Virus record (IMG/VR): IMGVR_UViG_3300032322_001765
Location: 124,001 to 188,000 of that record
DNA: 64,000 nt
Direction: 5' to 3' (one strand)
The notes under the pieces: model-generated
What the model saw: the letters and a program-made list of their open reading frames with translations, nothing else
The model's database searches: none
What the model was told of the DNA's origin: nothing
Made by a program: the position numbers and the translations under genes
In this document: in pieces, positions 30,915-39,862 of the stretch
How the letters are laid out: the number at the start of each line of letters is the position of its first letter
How positions within the stretch are numbered: the first letter of the stretch is position 1

Positions 30915-32102
30915 TTAAATATCCTTTAAGGAATTAAATACACGGTCTGATAATGTCTGAAAATATTCATCATCAGCAATAGTTGGAGCAACTAAACTTA
31001 TGTTTTTTGCTTCTAACGCCCATCCACCTAATCCGGTTATACCATTTTCTAAAAATTTATTAACATCAATTTTTTTAATAGTATTCGCATAAAAAATTAA
31101 ACCTTCACAATAAAATTTTTCTATCCAACCTTTTTTGACTAGAGAATTACCAAAATCTTTTAAGTTTGACTCTATTTCTATAATTTTATTTGTATCAAAT
31201 AAATCTAATACTCCTAACGCTGCCCCAACACCTGCCATATTTGGTTGCCAAGTATGGCTGTAATAATGACTATTTTTTATAACTTCGGCAATCTTTTGAT
31301 TTGTACATGCGCAACTAAGAGGACTAAATCCTCCTGTAAAGGCTTTACCTAATACTGTAATGTCAGGCTGTATATTAAATTTTTTGAAACTAAAGTATTC
31401 TCCTAATTTTCCTACCCCGCCCATTACATCGTCTAGTATTAAATTTATTTGATATTGATTACATATTTGTTTTAGAGTTATATGAAAATTCTGACTCCAT
31501 GGCATTATTCCATTTAACCATGGAATAGATTCATATATAATCGCACCAATATTAGGATTTAAAATAATCTGATCTACTACTTGCTTTAATAAATTACTTT
31601 CTTGTTCTTCTCTGCTTATTTCATTTTGCCAATTAGGTGCATCAAGAACAATAAATTTATCCATATATTCTTCTTTTCTCATTGCACGTTCAATGTAGGT
31701 AGTTCCATGCCAACCAGGGGAAAAACATATCACTTTATTTTTGTTTACACCTAAATTTCTCCAATAAGTATCATTCATAGCAATAGCACATTCAACTCCA
31801 TCGCTTCCGCTTACTGCCCAAGCAAGCGCAGAATAATCACCTTCAGTACATATCTTTTCAATTATTTCATTATTTTCTTTGCAATATTCATTTGGTTTAC
31901 AGTGAACGTAGGCAATTTTGTCTTGTAATTCTCTCATACGTTGCTTGATGTGAGTGTTATCAAATCCAAAAATAAATGCTGTGTTGCCCATGTGAGCATC
32001 TAGTAGTTTACCAATGCTGGTGTGAACATAATATTTTTCAGTTTTGTAAACTTCTATTTGTTGTTTTTCTGTAAGAGGAATGGTTAGTTCTTGAAAATTC
32101 AT
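30915..32102 (-). CDS. Class III PLP-dependent aminotransferase (BioA-like)
   Basis: SGSDGVECA, WHGTT, LILDDVMGGVGKLG, PDITVLGKAFTGGFSPLS, SHTW. Confidence 0.9.
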   Translation of the reverse strand: MNFQELTIPLTEKQQIEVYKTEKYYVHTSIGKLLDAHMGNTAFIFGFDNTHIKQRMRELQDKIAYVHCKPNEYCKENNEIIEKICTEGDYSALAWAVSGSDGVECAIAMNDTYWRNLGVNKNKVICFSPGWHGTTYIERAMRKEEYMDKFIVLDAPNWQNEISREEQESNLLKQVVDQIILNPNIGAIIYESIPWLNGIMPWSQNFHITLKQICNQYQINLILDDVMGGVGKLGEYFSFKKFNIQPDITVLGKAFTGGFSPLSCACTNQKIAEVIKNSHYYSHTWQPNMAGVGAALGVLDLFDTNKIIEIESNLKDFGNSLVKKGWIEKFYCEGLIFYANTIKKIDVNKFLENGITGLGGWALEAKNISLVAPTIADDEYFQTLSDRVFNSLKDI

Positions 32103-33568
32103 TTTTTCAGCTTTTCTATCTTGTAGTTTAAAATTAGTTTTTGTCGCTTTTCATTAAAAGCCTCAATAATTTCTTGATTGTAATTTCTTTCAATTACATC
32201 TTTTGCGCTCATTCCCGAAGCAACAAATTCCATAAATTCATATTTGCCAGAATTTCTATACTCTACCCAGTGAGTTTCTTTTCGTGCTTCTGCAACCTCA
32301 TTGTTTAGTTTACTAGCTAACTGCACAGCATCGGAAAAGTTCATTAGATCGTTTGTCCAAAATCCATAAATACTATTTGGTATTACTTGTAAGGTGTATC
32401 CATGTTTACTATACTCTCTGTCAAATTCGCTCATTCTTGTCATAACATTGGTTCTTATTATTAATGGAAAAAAGGTCCAACGGTTAAAATATTGATCATT
32501 TTGATTCAAAAACCATTCATGAGTTTTTTGTATATCTTCAGCAGTTTCATGTGGTAAACCAACAATTAATCCTGTATGAGTCCAAATATCTGCCTTCTCT
32601 TTTAATGTTTTTATGGCCTCTAGTTGTTTATTTAAGTCACCTGCTTTTCCTATAATTTTTCTTGTCTTATCTTTCAAACTTTCTATTCCAAAACTGGTTG
32701 AGATGAGACCAGTCTCAACAAGTATGTCAATCATCTCAGGATATCTTGCTAATAAGTCTGCTCGTAAAAATGCAGAATACTTAATTTTTACGTTACTTTT
32801 TTGAATTGCATTTGCTACTGACTCAAGTTTAACTATGTTATCATTAAAGGTATCATCTTGAAATGAATAGGTTGTAACGCCATACATTTCATAATTTCTT
32901 TTTAATTCATCGGCTAAATTTTCTTCATACCTAATGTAATCGTTTTTCTTTTTACCCAATAAAGGATATTGGCAATATTTACATTTAAAAATACATCCTC
33001 TGCTTATCTCAATAGGTAAAACACAAGCATCAACCAAATCAGATTTTTGCCATTCAATGGTTAAATCTGTATCATCGTTCTTGTAAGATTTTTCAGCATC
33101 TATTGCAACAGTGCCTTTATATTCTACCCAATTTAGATTATCTAAACGTTTTTTGGTTAGATAATCTAGGTAGTGTGATATAGCTTCTTCAGCGTATCCC
33201 CAAATTATTCTGTCAACATATTTGGTTTCTAAAAAATTATCATCACCCTGAGATAGGGTAGTTTCAGTACCGCCAATCACAGTTTTGACATGAGGGTATT
33301 TTTCTTTTATAGTTTTAAATAAAAAATTAACTTTGTTAAACTTATTAAAAAAAGTAATACTTACACCCACAAATAGTGTTTTGTCTCCGATGTATTTTTC
33401 GAGTAATTGCTCAATTTCATTTTCAGTAAACTTGCTAAAAAAATCTATAACTTCTACCTCATAGTTTTTTTTCTTTAACCAAGTACGTATTCTGAATGCT
33501 CCGGCTGGTCTCAATATTAAATCGTCATCAGCCATACCAGTAAATATTAGTCCGTGATATAGGCTCAT
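32099..33568 (-). CDS. B12-binding-domain radical SAM protein
   Basis: N-terminal GAFRI...VGVS...IGG Rossmann-like domain; EISRGCIFKCKYC; DDTFND; FGIES; IVGLPHET. Confidence 0.9.
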   Translation of the reverse strand: MSLYHGLIFTGMADDDLILRPAGAFRIRTWLKKKNYEVEVIDFFSKFTENEIEQLLEKYIGDKTLFVGVSITFFNKFNKVNFLFKTIKEKYPHVKTVIGGTETTLSQGDDNFLETKYVDRIIWGYAEEAISHYLDYLTKKRLDNLNWVEYKGTVAIDAEKSYKNDDTDLTIEWQKSDLVDACVLPIEISRGCIFKCKYCQYPLLGKKKNDYIRYEENLADELKRNYEMYGVTTYSFQDDTFNDNIVKLESVANAIQKSNVKIKYSAFLRADLLARYPEMIDILVETGLISTSFGIESLKDKTRKIIGKAGDLNKQLEAIKTLKEKADIWTHTGLIVGLPHETAEDIQKTHEWFLNQNDQYFNRWTFFPLIIRTNVMTRMSEFDREYSKHGYTLQVIPNSIYGFWTNDLMNFSDAVQLASKLNNEVAEARKETHWVEYRNSGKYEFMEFVASGMSAKDVIERNYNQEIIEAFNEKRQKLILNYKIEKLKK

Positions 33569-34659
33569 CGTTTAAAAAATATTCCCTGATTGTCACTAAC
33601 TAATTTTTGTCCTTGCCACCAACCTTTTTTCCAACCATCTCTTAATATTGCTTGTATTAAAAAAGTGCCACGGGTGTTTGGAATAAAAGATGCCCAAGGA
33701 CCCATGTACATGTAACTTGTATCAACCGAATTTACATCTGCCCAATGAATTACTTGTATAAGGCTTTTTTCTAAAACAGTGCCGATATGATAAGGGTTAC
33801 TACCATAATTAGGATGTCTGTGATAGCTTAAATTCTTTTCTTTAGCAATTTCTGAAATCCAATCATAAATTTCGCTTGCGAATATTTCTCTTTCTCTTTC
33901 AAATTCCACACCTATCATTGCCGGCGATCTAATACAGTAGTTAGTAGCTTGTATACCTTTTTCTTCTATCCAAAGAATCTTGTCAATTGCATGTCTTACT
34001 TGTTCTCTACTTTCTACTGTGAATGATACTTGTGCTAATGCTATGCCTTCTTCAATTACATTCGTGAGTGCAGATGACACGTTTTTCCAAACCTTTTCTG
34101 AATGATACTCTGGATGATGAATACTCATGCATACGCTTGAAAGTTTGACTTTTGCTAATTCTTTTACGTAATCTTTATTTTGTAATTTTACTCCATTGGT
34201 GTATACAGTAACAAGCTTGTGAGATTTACCGTAGGGAATACTTTGTATCTTTGCTATAAGTTCAGGTAAATCTTTTCTCATGGTTGGTTCTGCTCCTGCA
34301 AGACAAACAACCTGACCAGGTGCAGCCTTGGCAGTGGTTACTATCCACTCTAATGATTTATCTTGTAAAGTGTTATCAGGGTCGTGATAGCAATGTTTAC
34401 ACTGAACATTGCATTTATCGGTAACTTCTATAGTCGATACATTATTGTAAATATCCCAACATGGATTATCAGGATCTTTTTGCGTTATACTATCCCAAAA
34501 TTCATATGATTTTTCAACCATTGCCTCTTGATATCCATGCGAAGGGCAGGTTTTGGTAATATAGGCTGAACCGTCAGTTCTATATTCAATTTGAGCTGGT
34601 AGTTCTCTATAACATACTTTACACAATCCGGTAGTAAAGTAAGAATTTACTAATTCCAT
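33565..34659 (-). CDS. Radical SAM protein, MJ0619/Tes-like N-terminus
   Basis: CKVC...KTCPSHG N-terminal metal site; EVTDKCNVQCKHC; GAEPT. Confidence 0.85.
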   Translation of the reverse strand: MELVNSYFTTGLCKVCYRELPAQIEYRTDGSAYITKTCPSHGYQEAMVEKSYEFWDSITQKDPDNPCWDIYNNVSTIEVTDKCNVQCKHCYHDPDNTLQDKSLEWIVTTAKAAPGQVVCLAGAEPTMRKDLPELIAKIQSIPYGKSHKLVTVYTNGVKLQNKDYVKELAKVKLSSVCMSIHHPEYHSEKVWKNVSSALTNVIEEGIALAQVSFTVESREQVRHAIDKILWIEEKGIQATNYCIRSPAMIGVEFEREREIFASEIYDWISEIAKEKNLSYHRHPNYGSNPYHIGTVLEKSLIQVIHWADVNSVDTSYMYMGPWASFIPNTRGTFLIQAILRDGWKKGWWQGQKLVSDNQGIFFKR

Positions 34660-34672
34660 AATTTTTCCTAAA

Positions 34673-35302
34673 CTATTTTGTTCCGTAAAACCACAAGAAA
34701 GTCAAATCTTTTCCAGTATTTTTGACTTCAAATGTGATGTTTTTAAATCCAATTTCTTCAAATATTAATTTGTATTTTTCTACAGAAGTATGAAAAACTG
34801 GTAATGGATAACCAAGATATTCAAAATAATTTTCAAATTCTTCATGTCCTGTAAATTCCTTACATCCTAAAGTTACGTATACAGGCATGTTATGTTTTAC
34901 CATTTTATAAAACAATTTAAATGATATAATTTGTTTTTCCATAGGCAAATGCATGATTGAGTAAAAACAAGTTATTAAATCAAATGTGTTTTCAGGAAAG
35001 GATAATTCACAGGTATCACACAAAACAGTTTTGGCATTCGGAGCGTGTTTATTTACATATTGTAATGCTTCACCTGCAATATCAGATCCAGTGACTTCGT
35101 GCCCTAAATCATGAAAAAATTTAATTACAGGATATCCAGTCCCGCACCCCGCATCTAAGACTTTACTTGTTTTTGGTAATTTTGCAGCTAGCCCTTCTAA
35201 TTGCTCTGTGTTATTAAAGTAAGTGTCTCTTTCAATGTCATGAAAAGATGAAAATTTATTATATACACTTGATAGTTCATCGGTTATCTGAAGGTAATTC
35301 AT
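34673..35302 (-). CDS. Class I SAM methyltransferase
   Basis: VLDAGCGTG, GSDIA, FPENTFDLITCFYSIMHLP. Confidence 0.9.
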   Translation of the reverse strand: MNYLQITDELSSVYNKFSSFHDIERDTYFNNTEQLEGLAAKLPKTSKVLDAGCGTGYPVIKFFHDLGHEVTGSDIAGEALQYVNKHAPNAKTVLCDTCELSFPENTFDLITCFYSIMHLPMEKQIISFKLFYKMVKHNMPVYVTLGCKEFTGHEEFENYFEYLGYPLPVFHTSVEKYKLIFEEIGFKNITFEVKNTGKDLTFLWFYGTK

Positions 35303-35334
35303 CGTAATATTTATTTCTTAATTTTAATAGGTTT

Positions 35335-36225
35335 TTATTCTAATGTGTATTCAATTTTATAAAATTTTAATTCTTTCAAAAATCGAGTTGAATCTACATA
35401 ATCTCCCATTAAATACGATCCGGTTTTGGTCAAGTTTAAGTCTTGAAGTATTGCTGAAACAACTAAACAAGCAGAGTAATAATATCCTGAAAATGTTTTA
35501 ATTGTTAATTTTTGATTTTCTGATTGTATTATTATTTTAGAATATTCATCTCCTAAATTTATCTCATCCATTTGCATATAAAAACCTGCAGTGTTTATAT
35601 TTGAAAAATTTTCTTTTGCTACTTTAAGTTCATAATTTGGAATAGGATTTACATATCCGATATCAAATTTTTTTTGTTGGCTTGTACTAGTAGGAATCCA
35701 ATTACCATCTACTAAGGTACAATCTAGAATTTGGTTGCTTTCATGTATTGTTAAGTATTCATCTATGTTTTGCTGAGATAGGTTTCTATTACTCCAACAA
35801 GTTTTAAAATGAGCTAGAATACTTAATTCATTTTCTACTTTTAACATTTGAAGAAATGGTAAAAATGAAGTTGCCCCGCAATCAAAGACATAGGTATTTT
35901 TTGAAAATTTATATTTTTCAAGAAGATTATAATTTATTTGAGCAGGAGAGTGACAATCAAAAAAACTAGTGTCAGCTTTTTCTATTTTTTTTAATAAATT
36001 TTCTTGATAGTTAATATTATTAGTGCAATTAATTACTAAATTAAAATTACTGTAACCGTCAAAATTTTCAATCGTGTCACACACATACTCTACATTTTCT
36101 TTTGACTGCTGTTTAAGTAAATTTTCGTTTTTTCCTAATATGGTTACATTTAATCCTTTGTCACATAGTAGTTTTAATATTTCTTTACCTAAATTTCCGT
36201 AACTACCTAGCAACAATATTTTCAT
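35335..36225 (-). CDS. NAD(P)-binding protein, saccharopine dehydrogenase-like
   Basis: ILLLGSYGNLG Rossmann motif, LVINC, FFD, DCG, GYYYSA. Confidence 0.6.
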   Translation of the reverse strand: MKILLLGSYGNLGKEILKLLCDKGLNVTILGKNENLLKQQSKENVEYVCDTIENFDGYSNFNLVINCTNNINYQENLLKKIEKADTSFFDCHSPAQINYNLLEKYKFSKNTYVFDCGATSFLPFLQMLKVENELSILAHFKTCWSNRNLSQQNIDEYLTIHESNQILDCTLVDGNWIPTSTSQQKKFDIGYVNPIPNYELKVAKENFSNINTAGFYMQMDEINLGDEYSKIIIQSENQKLTIKTFSGYYYSACLVVSAILQDLNLTKTGSYLMGDYVDSTRFLKELKFYKIEYTLE

Positions 36226-37319
36226 ATGTTTTTTGAAAAACTTAAAGTGTTTACTTGTTTTGAGTCAGAAACAAGACGTTGCCCTTGCCACCAACCACGC
36301 TTCCAACCTTCTCTTAAAATAATTTGTAAATGCAAAGTAGCAAGTGTTACTGGAACAAAATCTGCCCAAGGACCCATATTCATCCAAGACAAATCAACAT
36401 TTTTTACACTCGCCCAATGAATTACTTGTAAGAATAAACCATCTAACAAATATGCAATATGATAAGGATTACTGCCACCATTTGGGTGTTTTTCAAAACT
36501 AAGATTTTTTTCTTTGGCAACTTGTTCTATCCATATTACAATGTCGCTAGCAAAAATTTCTTGATCGTCTATAGCAGTGCCTATCTCAGCAGGACTACGA
36601 ATACAAAAATTACCTGGTATTCTATTTTGAGATTTAAACCAAAGCATTTTGTCAATTGCATATCTAACTTCATCAATGTTTTCTACAGTAAATGATACTT
36701 GTCCTAATCCTATGTTAGTGTTATGTACTACTAATTCTACTCCGGTGGATATTTTTTCCCACAATTGCTCTTTATGGTATTCTGGATTATGAACGCTGAG
36801 ATTTATTGTTCCTAATCCTGCCGCTTCTAATTTTTCAACATAACCGGGTTCTGCAAGTTTTATTCCGTTAGAATAGAGCCCAATCATTTTATTAGATTTT
36901 TCTTTAGCTTCTGTTATTATTTCGAACAAATCTTCTCTCATTGTGGGTTCAGCTCCCATTAAACATACATTATTAAATGGAGCACTTATTATTTTGTTAA
37001 CTATAAAATCTTTTGGTTTATCTTTAATTTTATTATCTGGGTTATGATAACAATGTTTACACATAACATTGCACCTATCAGTAATGTCAATACACACAAG
37101 TTGATTATAACCCATAGTTGTGGGATTATTAGGATTAAATTGAGGGGCTGATTCCCAAAATTCATAAGATTTTTCTACTACGAATTCTTCATATCCATGA
37201 TTAGGGCATGTTTTAGTAATGTAGGCTGCGCCATCACTTCTATACTCAATCGTCGCAGGTAATTCTAAGTAACACGTACTACATAAGCCGCGAGTTGGAT
37301 ATGATTTTATTATTTCCAT
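36222..37319 (-). CDS. Radical SAM protein, MJ0619/Tes-like N-terminus (paralogue of 33565-34659)
   Basis: CSTC...KTCPNHG; DITDRCNVMCKHC; GAEPT. Confidence 0.85.
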   Translation of the reverse strand: MEIIKSYPTRGLCSTCYLELPATIEYRSDGAAYITKTCPNHGYEEFVVEKSYEFWESAPQFNPNNPTTMGYNQLVCIDITDRCNVMCKHCYHNPDNKIKDKPKDFIVNKIISAPFNNVCLMGAEPTMREDLFEIITEAKEKSNKMIGLYSNGIKLAEPGYVEKLEAAGLGTINLSVHNPEYHKEQLWEKISTGVELVVHNTNIGLGQVSFTVENIDEVRYAIDKMLWFKSQNRIPGNFCIRSPAEIGTAIDDQEIFASDIVIWIEQVAKEKNLSFEKHPNGGSNPYHIAYLLDGLFLQVIHWASVKNVDLSWMNMGPWADFVPVTLATLHLQIILREGWKRGWWQGQRLVSDSKQVNTLSFSKNI

Positions 37320-37876
37320 TATTGTTCCTTAATAATTCCAAAAAAATTGAATAGATATTTAGGTTTAAATCCGCAGTTTATGCCGCCATGCCAATTAGTT
37401 CTTGATGGCCACTTGTAAACTGCACCTTGGTCTTGAAAATACATACAATGATCTTCTATCATTACTGCATGTCCTACAGTAGGTTTTGATATATGACATG
37501 TAAATCTAGCTGTATTTAGTGTTTCATAATAAGCTTCATTATCATTGCAATCCCAATGCCATGGTGTCATGTAACCAGGATTAATTCTACTAATCCAACA
37601 ACTTAATGGATCTACATTTACGTAATCAGCAAATATAGTGACAATTTTTTCATCAAAGTGTACTTCGGGAAAAAACATATCCCAGCCTGCGTTACCGCCA
37701 TCTTTTATAAGCTTGAAACCAGCTTCTTCCCAAAGTTTCGCCATTTCTTTTATGCCTATAATTTCATCCGTACCTTTGTGTCTAGGTCCTATGTATCCTG
37801 GTTCTTTGTTATCTAAGACAGAAATTATAGAATCCCAGTCAATTAAGTGTGAAATATTTCCAATAAGTTCAGCCAT
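37319..37876 (-). CDS. 2OG-Fe(II)/Asp-Asn beta-hydroxylase-like oxygenase
   Basis: WISRINPG..TPWHWD, WHGGINCG. Confidence 0.7.
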   Translation of the reverse strand: MAELIGNISHLIDWDSIISVLDNKEPGYIGPRHKGTDEIIGIKEMAKLWEEAGFKLIKDGGNAGWDMFFPEVHFDEKIVTIFADYVNVDPLSCWISRINPGYMTPWHWDCNDNEAYYETLNTARFTCHISKPTVGHAVMIEDHCMYFQDQGAVYKWPSRTNWHGGINCGFKPKYLFNFFGIIKEQ

Positions 37877-39347
37877 TTTTTAATTTATCTATCAAGGGGG
37901 TAAAATAATCAGTTATTGGATTATCAATTGTTCCTAACTTATAATCTACGTTATCTTTTCTAGGACCTCTTGCAGTCCAAACTTTATGATTTAATTCTGT
38001 CGCTAACTCATGCGCCCGTGCATATGTTAAAATATCTGTCCCATCATTTTTAATCCAGTGTGTAGGTTTGTTTTTGTCAGGAATGGTATATCCAAATTTT
38101 TCTGGGTCTTTATCTATTTCACTTGGATGAATCGTAGATCCTTCATAATAAGGATGAATTATTAATCCTAAAAATGATGCACCGTAATTAACAGGACAAT
38201 CGTCTTTGGAAAACCAATCTGCTTGTTCTCTAACAAATGCTTCATCCTCTTCGGGAAGACCAACTATATAACCGCCATTGATTGATACTGTATCTCCCCA
38301 GTGTTCTTGCATTTCATATAAAGCCTGCTTTCTTCTAGATGGATTCATTCCTTTACCAGCAAATTTACCAGCAGCTGGATGAAATGATTCTATTCCTATA
38401 TAACAAGATGAAAGTCCTCCTTCTTTGAGTAAAGGTATTTGCTTTGGTTGTGTTGCGATAATGTCTGCACGAATGTAAGCTTTTGTTTGTAGATTAAAAG
38501 GCAATTTGTTTCTTACTCTCGCCATCATTTCTAATTTTTCAATTGAGTCGTTAAAGGTGTCATCTGCAATAAAATATTTCGTAGTTCCAAACTCATTATA
38601 ATTTCTAATTAGTTCGTTATATATCGTATCTTCTGTTTTTGTATATCCAGCTACATCCTTTTGTCCAATGAGAGGGAACGAACAAAAATTGCATTTAAAT
38701 TTACATCCTCTTGCTATCTCTAAATTTAAAATTTCATTAGCGTTTATTTGGTCATATTTTGTATAGATAGTTGAACAATAATTCCAACCCCAATCACGAG
38801 AATTTGAATTGATATCGTGTTGTATTATCTTAGGCCATAATCTTTTTTGGTCTTTTAATAAATCAATTGTTTGATTTTCTCCTAAACCATTTATAAAATA
38901 ATCAGCAGGAAAATCTCTGTAAAATTCAATTTTTGGTCCGCCTAAAATTATTTTAATTTTTTTATTTTTTTCTTTTACAACATTCGTCCAATCACTAACT
39001 TCTCCCATAACTGCACTATATGTTAAACTATCTTTGCTAATCGTAGGACTTTCACCTGATTCTGTAAACCAGGCAATATTACAAGAACTAAATCTACTAT
39101 TTTTTACGAAAGGGGTTCGATATGGCCACCAAGTTGTGGAAAAACCAACCATTTTAGTGTTATCGCCTATTGCCAAATTGCATATAGTTTTCCATGTGTC
39201 TAAAGTTAGAGCAGAAGAAAAATCAACTACTAAAGTTTTAAACCCGTTAGATCGTAAATGACTAGCAAGCCTGTGTGCTCCATATCCTCTAGACCAAGTA
39301 GGAAATGTCGCCGTATCAGTGACTAATATTACATCAAAGGTATTCAT
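37869..39347 (-). CDS. B12-binding-domain radical SAM protein
   Basis: GYGAHRLASHLR, VGFSTT, EIARGCKFKCNFC, DDTFND, GIESF, IVGLPEE. Confidence 0.9.
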   Translation of the reverse strand: MNTFDVILVTDTATFPTWSRGYGAHRLASHLRSNGFKTLVVDFSSALTLDTWKTICNLAIGDNTKMVGFSTTWWPYRTPFVKNSRFSSCNIAWFTESGESPTISKDSLTYSAVMGEVSDWTNVVKEKNKKIKIILGGPKIEFYRDFPADYFINGLGENQTIDLLKDQKRLWPKIIQHDINSNSRDWGWNYCSTIYTKYDQINANEILNLEIARGCKFKCNFCSFPLIGQKDVAGYTKTEDTIYNELIRNYNEFGTTKYFIADDTFNDSIEKLEMMARVRNKLPFNLQTKAYIRADIIATQPKQIPLLKEGGLSSCYIGIESFHPAAGKFAGKGMNPSRRKQALYEMQEHWGDTVSINGGYIVGLPEEDEAFVREQADWFSKDDCPVNYGASFLGLIIHPYYEGSTIHPSEIDKDPEKFGYTIPDKNKPTHWIKNDGTDILTYARAHELATELNHKVWTARGPRKDNVDYKLGTIDNPITDYFTPLIDKLKNG

Positions 39348-39862
39348 ACGTAGCCTAAAAAATGATACAAGTATTGTTTTTTAAAACCACAATTAGAAGC
39401 ACCGTGCCAATCTAAAAAGTTATTCCATTTAATTATAGTATTTTTTGATTGCATGTAGTAGGATTTATCTTCGATCATTAATAATTGACCATAAGCCGGA
39501 TCATGTATAAAACAAGTATATCTAACAAGTTTTCCTAATTTATTATATTCACTTAAATTGTCATCAACGTCTTGGTGCCATGGTGCATTTTTTCCCGGTC
39601 TTAGACAGCTTATCCAAGAACGGATAGGCTTACAATTTACAATTTGTGAAAATTTATTTTCAACCTCTTTATTGTAATGTAAATTTGGATAATAATTTAT
39701 CCACTCAACTTGCACCGATGTATATTTTGCAGATTCCCATAAAGTAGATATTTCATTAAATTCTCCCTTTTCGTTTTTATAAAAATCTAAACCAATCGTT
39801 CTTACCTCTCCTTGCATTTGAGATATTTCCAAAACTACATCGTCCCAAAAACTGTCATTCAT
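39344..39862 (-). CDS. 2OG-Fe(II)/Asp-Asn beta-hydroxylase-like oxygenase
   Basis: WISCLRPGKNAPWHQD, WHGASNCG. Confidence 0.7.
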   Translation of the reverse strand: MNDSFWDDVVLEISQMQGEVRTIGLDFYKNEKGEFNEISTLWESAKYTSVQVEWINYYPNLHYNKEVENKFSQIVNCKPIRSWISCLRPGKNAPWHQDVDDNLSEYNKLGKLVRYTCFIHDPAYGQLLMIEDKSYYMQSKNTIIKWNNFLDWHGASNCGFKKQYLYHFLGYV

